Part shown: piece by piece, positions 1 through 14,609 of the stretch
Layout: each line of letters begins with the position of its first letter
Numbering within the stretch: position 1 is the first letter of the stretch
Assembly (NCBI GenBank): GCA_951406725.2
Contig: OX597816.1
Coordinates: 34,658,001-34,722,000, forward strand
Reading direction: 5' to 3'
Source: Octopus vulgaris
Lineage: Eukaryota
DNA: 64,000 nucleotides
The notes under the pieces: generated by a model
What the model was told of the DNA's origin: nothing
Database searches by the model: none
Seen by the model: the letters and a program-made list of their open reading frames with translations, nothing else
Program-made: the position numbers and the translations under genes

Positions 1-572
1 TAAAACATATAAATATCCTCATTCTTTTTCAATAATCACTGAGCTGCTTCAGGTCGTTTAACTTGTAAAGATTACAGATTTGTAACTTATAGAAACACAA
101 GCATTGTTCACTACATTTTAAATAATAGAGTAATACATTTTAAAAAATTATCACTTTCGTGCAAATTCGACGTCATATCATGACATAAAAATTTGACATA
201 ATATCGTCGGGTTCATTGATCCCAAATGATTTAATATCGTACTTTATAGATATTCCTCTTTGTTATTTTCCTATTTTACTAGTTTCAGTTAGAGGGTTGG
301 TAACACATGCGAACCAATTTCTAGTGGTTTCGGGTCTATTTTCGGTACTGTTGTTGGTGAAGAAGCGATTTTGACGAAGGAGCTCTTCGTTGTGCCTGGT
401 ATATAAGATAAAATGGGTTTAAAAATCCTGGGAAAGATATGAAGAAGGCACTCAGTATAGAGGAATAATATTAAATTTCCTGCCGGTAGATACCAGCAAA
501 CGTATGTAGAATACAAAGCATAGGTAAATCTTTATGAATGACATGCAAATCCAAGGATATCCAACTATGTAA

Positions 573-607
<35 letters not shown>

Positions 608-686
608 CACATACATACGTAGACACAGACACAGACACACGCACGCACACACACACACACACACATATATATATCTATATATATAC

Positions 687-732
<46 letters not shown>

Positions 733-2742
733 CAACACAAATCATATATAATCTATAAGAATGTCAAATAATATGGGCCCACTTACGTAATAATATCTGC
801 AACTTAAAATGTTATTCCTTTCATCCCATACATCCTATTCTCTCCTGCATCATTTCTATCCATCTTTCATTCACTTTCTATTTGTTTATACCTCCATTAC
901 TCCTTTAATTCTCCTTCTATCATCTTGCTCTTCTTTTATCGTCCTTTCACGTCAATTTCTAACGGTATTTTAAAATTACTAGCGTTTCCTATCCCTCTTT
1001 GTTTTTCATATTTATTATATATTATATATTATAGTATCTGATACCTATAAAATTACTTATTGATGAGCACCGTTGTTTATAATCTCCTCCCTGATGAGGT
1101 TGATGTATTTTTCCACATTATACTTCCTCTCAGATATATTTTAGTGTATTAGTTGAAGCATATGTCAGTGCAATTGTGGTATAAATGATTTAAATAACAA
1201 CTTGTGCGTTTGTGTCCATTTTCCATTATTCTTATGTTCTCTAAAACACGTCTCACTTCTCCTCGGAATTATCACTCATTACGTATTTCTTAGGTTCTTA
1301 TGTGACATTTGGTTACCCTATAACTGTTCCTCTGGATCTTGCCTTGTAAATTGAACATTTATATGCGTGTTTGTGTGCGTGTGTTTATGTGTGTGCCCTT
1401 ATGCTTATGTAACACTGTGGAAGTACATATATAGTAACTTCAAGGGGAGATTACTTTCTTTACTATTTCCTTCTTAAAATGAAAGTAGTGAGGATCTGAT
1501 TTAATGAATCTTTCTCTGTTTTGGGAACTTAAATTTGAACATTATTTATGACACAGAATGAGGACATCTAGATATAATTAGTCCAAATTTAAACAGTTGA
1601 GATTGATGTGGACAATCTGCCATTTTCCAATGAGAAAAACGCTTCTCACATTCTTAAAAAAAAGGAAATAGAAAACTCTTCTAAACTGAACTAAACACAA
1701 ATATTCATATTTCATTAACTTCTGACATTGTATGACATTTTTATTTGATGGAGGACATTTCTAATGGTTTCTGCTTAACAACTATATATAAGGGGGAGAG
1801 TGGGAGAGCGGGAGAGAGAGGGAGAGAGCGAGAGAGGGAAGGATAGAGGTAGAGGGAGATAGAGAGTTTATGTCTTTGAAAAAGAGGAAAATATATAGAT
1901 AAAAATTTATGTATATGATCTTGTTGCGTCACCTTTATCAGTTCATTTGTATGAATTTAGAAAGAGATGCATAGCTCATCGACGAGTGGTTCTATTGGAA
2001 AGCATCGTATAAATAACCTTGAGGAACGTTTTATTGCACTTATCCCGTGTTAGCTTCAATAGCTGTACGTCAGAAACATGACATGCCCTAATTAGATTAC
2101 TGTTATCAATTTTGAACATTACTGATTATGGCGGACTTTTGAGATTATATGGTGCTATGGCGCTCTTGATTCAGCGCTTTTGTCTGCACCAAATACGTAA
2201 TAGTTGGCATCAACTATTAGAAAGTTTAGAAAATATTTAATCTTAACTGCTACTGTAGTCTTTCTTGGAGTGTTTCGAAAAAGAAACAGTTTGATACACT
2301 ATTTGTAAAAGTTTGATGAATATTTTATTTTAGGAAATATGGCAATTTGAATGGTTTTGATCAGTGGGTTGTATCCATGAATTAGCAGTTGACTATTTTT
2401 TCAAGGTTTTGAAACTGAAACTTTTTTGTCAATTCTTATATAAAACCGATTTTCTTGCATCTGGAAAAAGTAGTAAATTTCAGACCTAGGAAAATTCAAA
2501 ACTGCAAGCCCTAGACATTTGGTTTTGGTGCATTTGTAGTAGGTATACAACTACACAAGTCTTAAGATTTCGGGAGAGGATACTATTTCAATAAAATTTT
2601 AATGGACTATGAAAATGACTACAAATATCTAAATGGCGGAGTTTTGGATCAACAATCCCTTTGAAGTGCTGAGGAGACTTTTTTTTGAAAACTTCTATCA
2701 TTAAGAGTTAAAATTACCAGCAGCAGCAGCAGTAGCAGTAGC

Positions 2743-2798
<56 letters not shown>

Positions 2799-3378
2799 CA
2801 GTAGTAGATTTAGGATTAGAATTAAATTGACATTAAAATACGAATAAATATCTGACGATAATTGAGATTCTTACCCACTTCGGCCTGCGAATAAAATTAG
2901 TGCTGTCTCTTATATAAGACTGAGGCAATTAATTACACAAGTATCGTCCATTTGTTCGATGAACAAGTTTATCTTCAGCCATCTGCAATGCTGTGTTTGC
3001 TATGCGTTCTGTGGCGCACAAGTTTTGCTACCGATCTGTGGAACTGTTGCTTGTTAGGGATTGACAAATTCTCGTCCGAAAATTTGGCATCAATGTAATC
3101 TCAAATTTCATTCGTTGCTTCCCAGCACAGCGTTGAAGACTCTCGTTATCCGTTATTATTCTCCTGAGATGAATGAAATTATATTTATTCACGAATTCGA
3201 TTACTTTGTCTTTTCCATTTTTTTTTCTTTTAGTGAAATAGTTCTTAACATTTGCATATAGTTATTTCAATCTTACATAGATCCCTTCAGTATAGCATAT
3301 ATAGATTGCATTAAGCATTACACGGCAATCAATTATACTTGTCTTTACACTTTCTCTCTCCCTCTCTCTTTCTCTCTC

Positions 3379-3413
<35 letters not shown>

Positions 3414-3964
3414 CATACACACACATGCTTTCTCACTTGACACAAACTCACACACATGCATATAGTCACAAATACAGACACACACATATGTGAACATGTC
3501 ATGGAATACGTTCTTTGATTATAAAACTGAACAAAAATAACTAGATAGTTTTCCGGACATATTAGTTAAGACAAGCGTTAAATTTTCTCTGCAGTATTGA
3601 TGGGATAGCTATAAACACCATAGCCGTAACTTTAGAGTATACATTTCAGAAATCAAACGAGGAACATCTCCTCAGTACACTTGACGTGAAGGAAAGTAGA
3701 TCGGCTTCCCCGCGAAAGTTACAATAACACGATGTATTTCTCGGCATACTAATTCTGCATCAGCTTTCTTTTTTATGTAATTTATTGGGAAACGCTTATG
3801 CTGTGCCATTATATTTATATGTTTACTTAAACGAATCATCCATAGTACATAATTTTTTTAAGGTTCCAGTTCTATATTTAGCAGATGAGGAATTATGTAC
3901 ATTATTTAAATTACTTACATTATTTACATTCAACGGATATTTTTCCTCATCTTGTTTATTGTTA

Positions 3965-4008
3965 ACACAACGTTTCGGCTGATATACCTTCCAGCCTTCT
4001 TGAGGCAT
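3965..4008 (-). ncRNA. Degenerate minimal type I hammerhead ribozyme in SINE tail
   Basis: Minus strand reads ATGC-CTCAAGA-A-GGCTG-GAAGGTATAT-CAGCC-GAAAC-GTT-GTGT. Stem II is a perfect 5 bp and GAAA plus NUH (GUU) are intact, but the CUGANGA core is mutated to CUCAAGA. Confidence 0.6.
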
Positions 4009-4081
4009 TTTGGGGAAATTTCGATCCTGGTTTCTCATTCCTAGGGTATTTTTCGTTGTTGTTGTTATTATTATTATTATT

Positions 4082-4551
4082 GAGTGAGAGAGTATTTCAT
4101 ACCATCAAAGTGACACTGGGGTAAAATATACGAAGCCCAATATACCCATCATGACTACCCGTCTGATAAGGGTACACCAGGCACATGCCTCACAAACATA
4201 TGTGGGCGACATGGTGATCTCATAAAAAGATAAACAGCACATGACCTTTCAGGTGGGGCCCAGTTAGAATTTTCTTCTGGTTGAGTAGCCCATCCCGCTC
4301 AAAAGGTCCCTGAATAAGGGTTGTTTAAGGATGTTGAAAGAACCACCCATGTTTCCAGAGGTGAATTATTCAAACCCCAAAGAATCCCTCTCAACACATG
4401 GCTATGATGCTCCCCCACTACTTCTGCTTGTGATCAGAGATGCACATATAGTCAGCCACTAAGGGACATGCTCAACTGGTTAAAGTCAAACAACTGACAA
4501 GCAAATCTGTGGTATTGAGCAGAATATTTGCTGTAGCCCATCTTTTATACC
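4082..4551 (-). mobile_element. Unclassified ~470-bp retroposon inserted in a (TTA)n tract
   Basis: GC-richer, non-coding block flanked on both sides by (TTA)n. It ends in an (AAT)n tail when read on the minus strand and splits the HHR-SINE. Confidence 0.5.
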
Positions 4552-5001
4552 ATATTATTATTATTATTATTATTATCATTATTATTGTTGTTGTTCAAGT
4601 CACTGCTTGGAATCGAACTCGGAATCTTGGGGTTAGTAGCCCGCGCTCTTAACCACTGTGTTAACATACAAGATGACAAATATCCGTCGAATGTAAATAT
4701 ATTGTTTTTTAATATTGTTTTTTAAGTGTGTTACTCATTTTATCGCTTCCTTCTACTAAACGGGGAAGTTGTTAAGTGGTGGTGGCGGTGGTGGTAGCGA
4801 ACTGTAACCTCACACGCACGCATCCACAAAAACGCGTACACACGCACCCCCACACACAAACACACACTAGTATATATATGTGCATATATATAAATGTGTG
4901 TGTGTGTCAGTGTGTGTGTGCGTGTGTACGTCAAGCCTCCTTCGTTTCACGTCAATGAAATCGAAGATATTCGTTGACTTCGACCTAAATATTATAAATT
5001 T

Positions 5002-6112
5002 TTAGTTTGCCTCACATGAAATGTATTTTAAATGGGTGTCTGGAGTCATCTATAAATGGATATGTTTAAGGAGTTTCTATGTACATGCTTGTGTTCAATC
5101 TCAACTGTTTTTCATTCTAGACATTATTATTATTCAAAATTGCTACCCTCAGTTGTTATGAAAATGTTGACAGCTGAACAGTACCGAGTGGTTTTTTTGT
5201 ATGAATACAACTTTAATCACTCTGTCACCTAAGTTCTACAAAACATCAAGCATGCTTTTAATAACGATTCTGTTGACATTAGAACTGTCAAACATGGTTC
5301 CAAAGATTTAGTTCAGAAAATGAAGCCTTAAAAATGAACCAAGAGGGAGACCAATCTCAGTTATTCGGCATGATGAATTGAATGCTTTGGTTAAACGAAA
5401 TCCGATATCAAGAAACAGAAAAATTGGATCAGAGCTCCAGACATCTCCCCCTACTGCTTCTCGGCACTTGAAGAAGATTGGAAAAGTCTAAAAATAGATA
5501 GGTTTCTTCCCCATAAACTTAATGAGATTCAAAGAAACAGATGCCTTACAGTGTGGTCCATATTGGTTTCTCAGTTGGAAAGAGAGCCATTTTTGTAGCA
5601 ACTCATTGATAACATCAGGACTGTAGTTAGATGCAAGAGAATTACTACCCAAAACCACCATTGCACCCTAAAAAATTGACGGTCACTGCATAGTAGTCAG
5701 GAAAGAGAGTTATTCATTATTGAGTTTTGCAACAAGGAAAAACCGTAGCAGCAAAATCATATTGCCAGGAAATTGATTGTATGCGTGGAAAATTAAAAAA
5801 GAAGCAGCCCACATTAGTGAATAGATATGGCCCAATTTTGCCCCATGATAATCCAGGGCCTCACATTTCTGCAGCTACGGTTCACAAGTTGCAAACCTCA
5901 ATTATGAGATTTTGGGACCTTCTCGAACAGTTATTCAGTGGAAATGATGACAAACACTTTGAAGATCAATTGTATGCCTTAGAGGAATGTGGAATGAAGT
6001 TCATAAATGAAAGAGGATCATATTTTGATTAAATAAATAAATAATCCAAAACTTAGAATGCAATTTTAATGTTTCCCTTTTCAAATGTGACATTTCATGT
6101 GAAAGAACCTAA
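5002..6112 (+). mobile_element. Decayed mariner transposon (Hsmar1/SETMAR-like transposase)
   Basis: Imperfect TIRs: TTAGTTTGCCTCACATGAAATGT (5002) and ACATTTCATGTGAAAGAACCTAA followed by TA (6112). Transposase remnants: YRVVFLYEY.., EPRGRP, KSYCQEIDCMRGKLKKKQPTLVNRYGPILPHDNPGPH and the C-terminal GSYFD*. Many stops and frameshifts; the YSPDL region is deleted. Confidence 0.92.
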
Positions 6113-6222
6113 TATTATTTTCTTTTACAACTTACAATTATGTATGATACCAATTTATCTTTTGTCCTATATATCACAATGCCTATAGTTATAGTTTTAT
6201 ATGCGTAAATTATATTTCTATC

Positions 6223-6444
6223 TACGAGGGAGCGCTGAATATTTCGTGGCTTTGAGGTTAACTCGAAACGGCTTCTTTGAGTCCCAACCGCCCAAGTTCT
6301 TTTACAGAGCTTGGAAAACCTGATAAAAGGCTGCAATAAGTTTGTGAATCTGAGATGGGAATATGATGAATAAAATCATAATTAATTGATCGTTCTGTAT
6401 TGTTTTTTTACTGAAGGCCAGGAACCTTTCAACACCCCTTCATA
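6223..6444 (+). mobile_element. Internally deleted mariner derivative (MITE-like)
   Basis: TA-CGAGGGAGCGCTGAATATTTCGTGGCTT is approximately inverted by AAGGCCAGGAACCTTTCAACACCCCTTCA-TA. The interior keeps the transposase C-terminus LENLIKGCNKFVNLRWEYDE*. Confidence 0.75.
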
Positions 6445-7521
6445 TCACTTATATTTTGGTTTCAAATTTGTAACAATGAATGGGCAATCCAAAATCCTTA
6501 CTGATTCCTCTTTACGGTAGAATTTGTACTGCTTATTTTCCAGAGATGAATAATTTATATGCATCAGTTAGCATGCTCCAAAACCATATATCAGTTGAGC
6601 TTATTCACATTTTATATTATCCATTCTTTTTTCTTTAATATTGAATAAAGTAAATTTTCCACAACCATGCAGTCCTTCTCCGGGTTTCCCATTTTTATAA
6701 TTTTTTTCCTAGCATCTGTACTTTGAACAGTTCTTCCTCAATATATCAGCATTCACGCTCATAATGTATCAATGCATATATATTCTGTTAAAATGGCAAG
6801 TGGAACGTATATCAAGCATAATGTTCGAAGGAAAATTATATCAGACACAAGAAATTTACATACATCGTAACTTATTTATTTTCCTCATCACAGTTGATAA
6901 TAATATATTATGCACTTCTATCGAATGAAACATTCAAAATCATTTGGAATATTTAAATATCTTCAGGCCAATGAATACATTTCGATATCAAAATTGAATT
7001 CATCATGCTTCAAAAAATCTGTACGACCATTTTCAATATAAATGCAGATAACATCCGTTTGAAATTTTGGTAAAAGAAAAATAATTTCTGAGAGAAACTA
7101 GTTTCAATATCATATTTGAAGTGATTTAACCAGAGCTACGTTCATAATTGTAATATATGTGATTTTCTTTTTAATTTTTCATTTGTGTTGTTTGAATAAC
7201 GACTTACTGTATATCCCCCACCCCACAAAAAATATAATAAAACCAGCTGAAATATTATTTAAATCTCTGTATCAAAGCTACCCCACTTTTATCAGTCGAC
7301 AAGCTTGGAAAATGATAGACATCTATTCAGTAATTGCCATTTGGTGTTGTCATTCAACAATATTTTATGATATTTTAATATTCATTGAAAGCAAGTAACA
7401 TATGATGCCTCAGTGTATATCATAGAAATAAATAGGTTAAATATATCTAGATAGAATATATCTGGAAGCCATTAGCAAAATTGTAAAATGAAAAAACGTG
7501 AATGCGCGAGTGAATGCGCGA

Positions 7522-7575
<54 letters not shown>

Positions 7576-7669
7576 GTATATATATATATATATATATATA
7601 TTATGTATACATAAATACATATGTATATATATCTAATATAGGATAACATTTTCGAAAAATTTTATCATG

Positions 7670-7705
<36 letters not shown>

Positions 7706-7763
7706 CATGCATATATATATATATATATGCACGTATAATTAATATATATATATATGTACATAC

Positions 7764-7810
<47 letters not shown>

Positions 7811-7835
7811 GTATACATATATTTATATATATATA

Positions 7836-7889
<54 letters not shown>

Positions 7890-8133
7890 AATATATTATA
7901 TATATATATATACATAAATAAAGAAATATATATATATATATCAATACAGAAATAAAATTCACACAAAACATAGCACTAATAAGCACACACAAAGACATGC
8001 ATAGATATTATGAATTGCATCCTATTTAAAATTTTAAAATATCTGGCACTGAGTGGAAATTGAGCAATCTATCTGGACTAAATTGTACTCCGATAAAGAT
8101 TATATACATGAATACATACACCACACCATCTTC

Positions 8134-8208
<75 letters not shown>

Positions 8209-8214
8209 TATATG

Positions 8215-8290
<76 letters not shown>

Positions 8291-9052
8291 CATGTTAGTA
8301 TGCATGTAAGTATTTCGGATCTTGGAAGGACTTTTCAGAACGGGATATTAGCTGCCGGTAGTACACGCCAAGGTGCCACGCATCAACTATGTCCCTGTAC
8401 GAACAACTAGGAAGATACGCTGCGTTCTGCACTCAGTTTGGCTCTGTAGACATAAGAGTTTGACATAAAATTTGTTCATAATTACATCCACGTGAGCATG
8501 TCTTACGCTGTATTTGAGGACAGGCTAAAGTCCAGTTCCCTTCTATTTGTGAGCAACATGTTAAATGAGACAACCACATACACCCAGGATATAAAATCGT
8601 AACACCATCAGGTTATGTATTCTCTTATAGAAGTCCACACTTTACGTGAGGATTGTCCAATGTTATCAGATTAAGAGATGAAGCTGTTATCTATCTTAAA
8701 TGGGACTTTGTGAAATAACAAGCGGCAGTAATAGTAAGAATGAAAATAACATTTGAATCACCCTGCTTTCCAGTAAATCAATGCTTTAATTAATATACTG
8801 CATGAAAACATGCTATCTGTGCGAGGGTCCCCCTATTTTGTTAGGTTCCTGGTTATTACGTACTTTTAATGCTTCGATAGTAGTCGGATACGTCTTTTCT
8901 CACATGATAGCCTATAACAATATTTTCATTGATAATGTTAATAAAATAGCCAAAACACACAAGCAAGCACATGCACCTACAAATCCACAAACAAGAACAG
9001 ATATATACACCCACAAACACACACACACACACACACATAAAAAAAAATAAAA

Positions 9053-9093
<41 letters not shown>

Positions 9094-10856
9094 GACACAA
9101 AGAAATACACACTAACTCCGGCAAGCTCACAAACTCTTACGAACGCACATACACATATATTGGTATATCCAACCTAACTCGGATGTGTTGTGTAAAACGC
9201 CTTGCATGGGGGTAAACGTCCGAAGAAATCATCCTGTGCAGACGAGAAAATGTAAAGAGCATAAACCGGCTACAAAAATTTCTTTAGCACCGGCGTATGG
9301 TGCTATTGCTTCACATGATTGCAACGTTAATTTCGCATCATCAGCAGTCGTAGTAATGTGCAGGATGCTTGATCGAAAATACCTACCAAACCGATAAAAT
9401 ATAACACTGGCCAAAGAGCAAATGATTTCTCGAAAAGCTGGTGGGCTGTAAATAAATTAGGTATTCGGTAAGTTCTTGACTAACACTCATGTACTAACAT
9501 GTACACAAGATACAATTTCTACTTTCAATCCAAGATAATTCGAAATTTGTGCGTGTGTTGTATTCTTTTGCGCTGATATTTGCCGTAGAACGGTCATCCA
9601 TGAAATGTAACGATGTGGTTTCCTCACCGAGTAACTAATGTAATATACTCATCAATGCAAAACTTAGAAAAAACAATATTCTATCCACAAAAAAGTGTAA
9701 TGTAAACAGTGACAGGATTATTAAAAATGAGAAAACAATATTCACGAAACAATAATAGAAATACTGCCACCATATGTCTGTTACACACACACACCCACAC
9801 ATACACACATAAGTATTTATACATATACACGCATATAGGCACACGTTCACACATACAGCCAGCATAAGGGCATTGATACATTATTGAACGTGTCTGCTTC
9901 TGAATCTTTCTTATCACATATATATATATATATATTTCTTAGTATTTACATAAGTTAATCACTAACTGGAAATGATTTGTCTGAATATTGTTAGAAAATA
10001 TTTCATCAAGATTCTCTTGTATCTTAAGGCTGATAACACTCTCACGTCTACATTATAACATAAATTTCTTTCAGTCCAGCACATTTTATTTACTCTTACC
10101 TTGTAGATTTTATTCACGTCGGATATTATTTGTCGTATTTGAACACAACGTTACATCGAAGTAGTGTAAACGTCGAATATTACTTTTGTATAGCGAGTGC
10201 ACTTATTTATACATTTCTTTACTTGACTATCTGCAGAACAATTTAGAATTATTTAGAAAAAGTAAAGTTAAAGAGTGTGATTGTCTACCCTAAATCTAAC
10301 TTTAAGTATAACTGGTCCATAATATTGAGAAGAAAGGAGTCGTTAACACCAATGTTTATACGTGATAAAACAAAATAAATAAGATGTAATACAATCATTC
10401 TCGTAGTAGTTTGTAAGTAGGCATAATCTATATCCAGAGGAAAGAGGAAACTTAAATAATCTGGTTAGAAATAATTCAAAATAAGAATGGCAAATGATCG
10501 AATATTTGAAAATCCTAAATTTGGTCGACGATGTGTAATAAGTTAGGTTTATGGCCGTTGTTGTCATCCATCTTGACAAAGAACGTTTCCCCATAGCATG
10601 AAAATTCAATATTCTAGAAATTTAATTCTCAACTTCTTCGTCTCTTTCTCGCTACATTTTATTGTGAAACATTAGCAATAGCTACCAGTGTTTTTGTTTA
10701 TTTTATCAAATATGTTAAAGAAAAATTGATAGAAATATTCATGTACGTCATTCAGTACATAAAAATACTATATAGGAAAATTTTAATTCGTTTTACTAAT
10801 ATTCAATAATTACGATATAGACAATAAAATAATATGGATGTCTCAGTCAATATGCT

Positions 10857-10918
<62 letters not shown>

Positions 10919-10927
10919 TATACATAT

Positions 10928-11060
<133 letters not shown>

Positions 11061-11165
11061 AGAATATACATATGTAAATTTATATACACTTATTTACAAA
11101 TGGTTGTATATAATGTCCTGCAAACTAGCTAACGATTTATTTTTAATAACATTATAAAGGTATTT

Positions 11166-11236
<71 letters not shown>

Positions 11237-11532
11237 TGTGTGGGGTGTGTGTGTAAATAAATAAATATATATGTGGGTACACTGAAAATCAAAATAATAT
11301 TTTACATAAAGCAATTGCTTTATAAGTTTGTCCAAAGTTGCCTCTCTTAGATACACCCCCCTATCAAGAATCAAACAACTCGAGACATCGATCGCGGGCA
11401 TTCCTGATGCATGGTGACATTGAACTTAACCTCACTGAATTTGCATTTTAGCAGCTGAACTATGTCACAAACTTTTTACTAACCTATATTTTTGCTTATG
11501 CCTAAACACTGCTTAGGGCTAACATTTCATTA

Positions 11533-12625
11533 TACGAGGGATGTATGAAAACTCTCAGCCTCAAACAAAACAAAACATGGTACAGCACTTCTGGTGATAT
11601 ATTTTTTCAATATAGTCCTCCTCGATTGCTGAACACTTTCTCAAGAGGTGCTGAAGCACCATTATCCCAGCGTAGAAGAACTCATTTTTTTTTGAGACTC
11701 CAAAAAACTTCCTACATCGTCTAAAACGTCATCGTCACTGGCAAAATGGCGACCAGCCAGGGCTTTTTAAATTTTGAGGAATAAATGTAAGGCAGATGAA
11801 GAACATGTTCGTATCTACAATCACGACTTTTCGCCATGGTAACGACTGAGTTGTGGGCTGGAGCATGGTCGTGATGCAAAAAGGACTCCTCATCTAAGCA
11901 CTCCCAGCCTATTTTCTTTGATTGCCTCTCGGAGGCGTTTAAGTAACTGAGAAAACCATAGCCCTCTAACGGTGTGACCCTTTTCAAGGTAATCTATGAG
12001 CAAGACACATTGGGAATTAAAAAAGGACACTATGACCTTGCCAGTTGAAGGAATTACCCTAGCCTTCTTTGGGGTAGATGTGTGCCTCCAATGCTTTTAT
12101 TGTACTTTGATTTCAGGCTGGTAGTGATGAACCCAACTTTCGTCCATATTAATGAAACAAGCAAGAAAATTCCCTTCATCGGTTTCAAAGTGCACCTGGT
12201 GCGTTTCGGTTCAGTAGTCAAAATGCGAGGGACCCGTCTTGCGGCGAGCTGGCAGAAACTTTAGCACTCCGGGCGAAATGCTTAGCGGTATTTCGTCAGT
12301 CTTTACGTTCTGAGTTCAAATTCTGCTGAGGTCGACTTTGCCTTTCATTCTTTCGGTGTCGATAAATTAGGTACCAGTTACGTACTGTGGTCGATGAAAT
12401 CGACTTAATCTCATTGTCTCTCCCTGTTTGTCTCCTCTATGTTTAGCCCCTTGTGGGTAATAAAGAAATAGGAAACTTTTGAGAGCCCAAATTCTTTCGT
12501 CCCAATGTTGTCTGCTCTTTCATTTGAGATACCCAGTCTTTCAGCTATCTAACGACATGATTTTCAGCGATCTTGCATTATCATAACAAGAGCAATGTCA
12601 AGTTTGTCCTTGGAGGGTTGCAGTT
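11533..12625 (-). mobile_element. Decayed mariner transposon with nested SINE
   Basis: TA-CGAGGG terminus at 11533. Minus-strand remnants: IAERLGIS, KVSARRVPRILT (WVPxxL motif), INMDESWVHHYQPE (first catalytic D) and LHHDHAPAHNS (second D). Confidence 0.9.
12241..12470 (+). mobile_element. tRNA-derived SINE family A, nested in the mariner
   Basis: GGCGAGCTGGCAGAA head, B box GAGTTCAAATTC, core GACTTTGCCTTTCATTCTTTCGGTGTCGATAAATTAGGTACCAG and tail TTTAGCCCCTTGTGGG. Removing it restores the mariner KVSAR codons. Confidence 0.9.
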
Positions 12626-14290
12626 GGATTCCATTGCATTCCAATTGTAGGTCAGAAATTTTTTAGGCAACCTAATTCTGCAGAAACGCGGCGAATCTTT
12701 CGTCTGAGTGTTAGAAACTTATCGGTTAGTATCAATTTAATCAATATTTAAATTTAGCAGATGTATTTTGTGAAAAAAATTTATATGTCTATATGCTAAC
12801 ATGAGATCCGACGCAAGTATACTTTTCTTCATAATATCAATTAGTACATACGGACTTTATACACGAACGTCGAGCCAGTACAAATTACAGTCAAGGAAAG
12901 AATCCACCCAATATGCACGTTGTACAAGTAAAGTATATTAACCTAGTATGATGTCATTAAAGCACTTGTTATACAACCGGCCATTTTGCCACCCCTTGAT
13001 TAGAAGGTCAGCATACATAAGCATAAATAGCATTCATTATGCTATTGTTGCTGTCAGTGATCTGCCAATCAGCACCTCAGCATTCAATCGAAATTAGAAT
13101 TAAAGAAATTTCGATATGCTTCCAGGTTAACGCCACAACATGTCCTGTTCGGTGCATTCTACAAAAGTCAACATCTAACTATATCTATACTAAACTGCTG
13201 CTTTGTTTAAAAGATATAATACACAGAAATGAAATTGATCATATTCTTCGAGCTAAGACATAGAAAGAAATCACCAATTCCGCTCAACATCGGAGTATGA
13301 AACACACTGATCTCTGTCCATGTCTATTTCAGAATAGAAAATAGTCTTGGATGGAAGGTAATAATTGCAAAACAAATCAACGTTTACTCTTTGCGCGGTG
13401 GGACGAAGATCAGTAGCAGGAAGATCCACTGTATATAAAGAAGAAAACTTGCACGTGAAAGTGATTTCAAGACCAGCAGATTATAATTATGCGTTATCCA
13501 AACCATTTATGGGTCATTAAAGCATGTGAGAATAATACCTGATTCTCCCAGCCAAATATCTTCAATATGTTTACAAATATGCAAAAAAAAAGGACAACTT
13601 TGATGTTATTTTTACATCACGTTTCACACTCACTTTGATTGCAAAATATGAAATTAATCGTTATGGCATCAATAATGAAACTCTTGTGAAGAATTATGAA
13701 AGTTACCACCCATGAAAATAATTCGAGTGAAATGCATTCATGTATTTATCTAGAAAGCATTTCTTTTCATGAGTAAATATTTGTGAATGCATACAGCGCG
13801 TAAGAAGCTTCAAGGTCACAGAAATCTCTGAAATATGTCAAAGTGATCGATTAGCCAAATTTCATGTATCCTGAGATATTCGAAATGAATACATTTTGGT
13901 AAGCTCACAGAAAATATAACCAAAATGACAATCAAGGCATATATGTACAAATTTGAGGATAATATATTAAATATACTTAATTATTTGCCTGCATAAAACA
14001 ATTCCATGTCACAAAATCAATATACTCTTGAATAACATTAGCATTCATGAAGAGACATGAGGTAAAATTTCTTGCTTAACCAACAAAACTTTAAAAGGAA
14101 AAGTTTCTACACATTTTCCAGTGTCCTTTGCCACGTCATTCAAACAGACTTTGTGGAATGTTTTCAATTCAGTGTGTGAAATTCATAGGAAAAACATTTC
14201 ACATTCTCGAATTTGAAATATTGATACTACTAGGCTGTTGAAAATTTTTATAACGAATTAGCACTCGCTTTCTCTGTCTCTCTCTTTTAC

Positions 14291-14384
14291 TCTTTTACTT
14301 TTTTCAGTCATTTCACTGCGGCCATGCTGGAGCACCGCCTTTAGTCGAGCAACTCGACTCCGGGACACACAAACACACACGCAT

Positions 14385-14445
<61 letters not shown>

Positions 14446-14609
14446 TACAACGGGCTTCTTTCAGTTTCTCTCTACCAAATCCACTCACAACGCTTTAGTC
14501 GGCCCGAAGCTATAGTAGAAGACACTTGCGTAAGGTGCCACGCAGTGGGACTGAATCCGGAACCATGTGGTTGGTAAGCAAGCTACTTACCACGCAGCCA
14601 TTCCTGCGC
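14291..14609 (-). mobile_element. tRNA-derived SINE family B with internal (TA)n(TG)n microsatellite
   Basis: Homologous to the copy at 45693-46145: head GCGCAGGAATGGCTGCGTGGTAAG, GGCACCTT..CAAGTGTCTTCTACTATAGC, and tail GGCGGTGCTCCAGCATGGCCGCAGT. Confidence 0.9.

Larger units (their letters stand above)
3915..4657 (-). mobile_element. tRNA-headed SINE with (AAT)n linker and hammerhead-containing tail, interrupted by a nested element
   Basis: Head at 4596-4657 (minus) has a partial A box (AGTGGTTAAGAGC) and a B box (GAGTTCGATTCC). An (AAT)n tract follows, then a tail at 3915-4055 containing the HHR motif. An inverted copy of the tail end lies at 4658-4699. Confidence 0.7.

Noticed and set aside
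289-540. Possible PLE endonuclease tail (RKFNIIPLY..THFI) on the minus strand
   Set aside because: Too short and degenerate to call.
1086-1172. Hammerhead-like CTGATGA..GAAGC-ATAT-GTC
   Set aside because: GAAA is mutated and stems I and II do not pair convincingly; at best a dead relic, so not counted.
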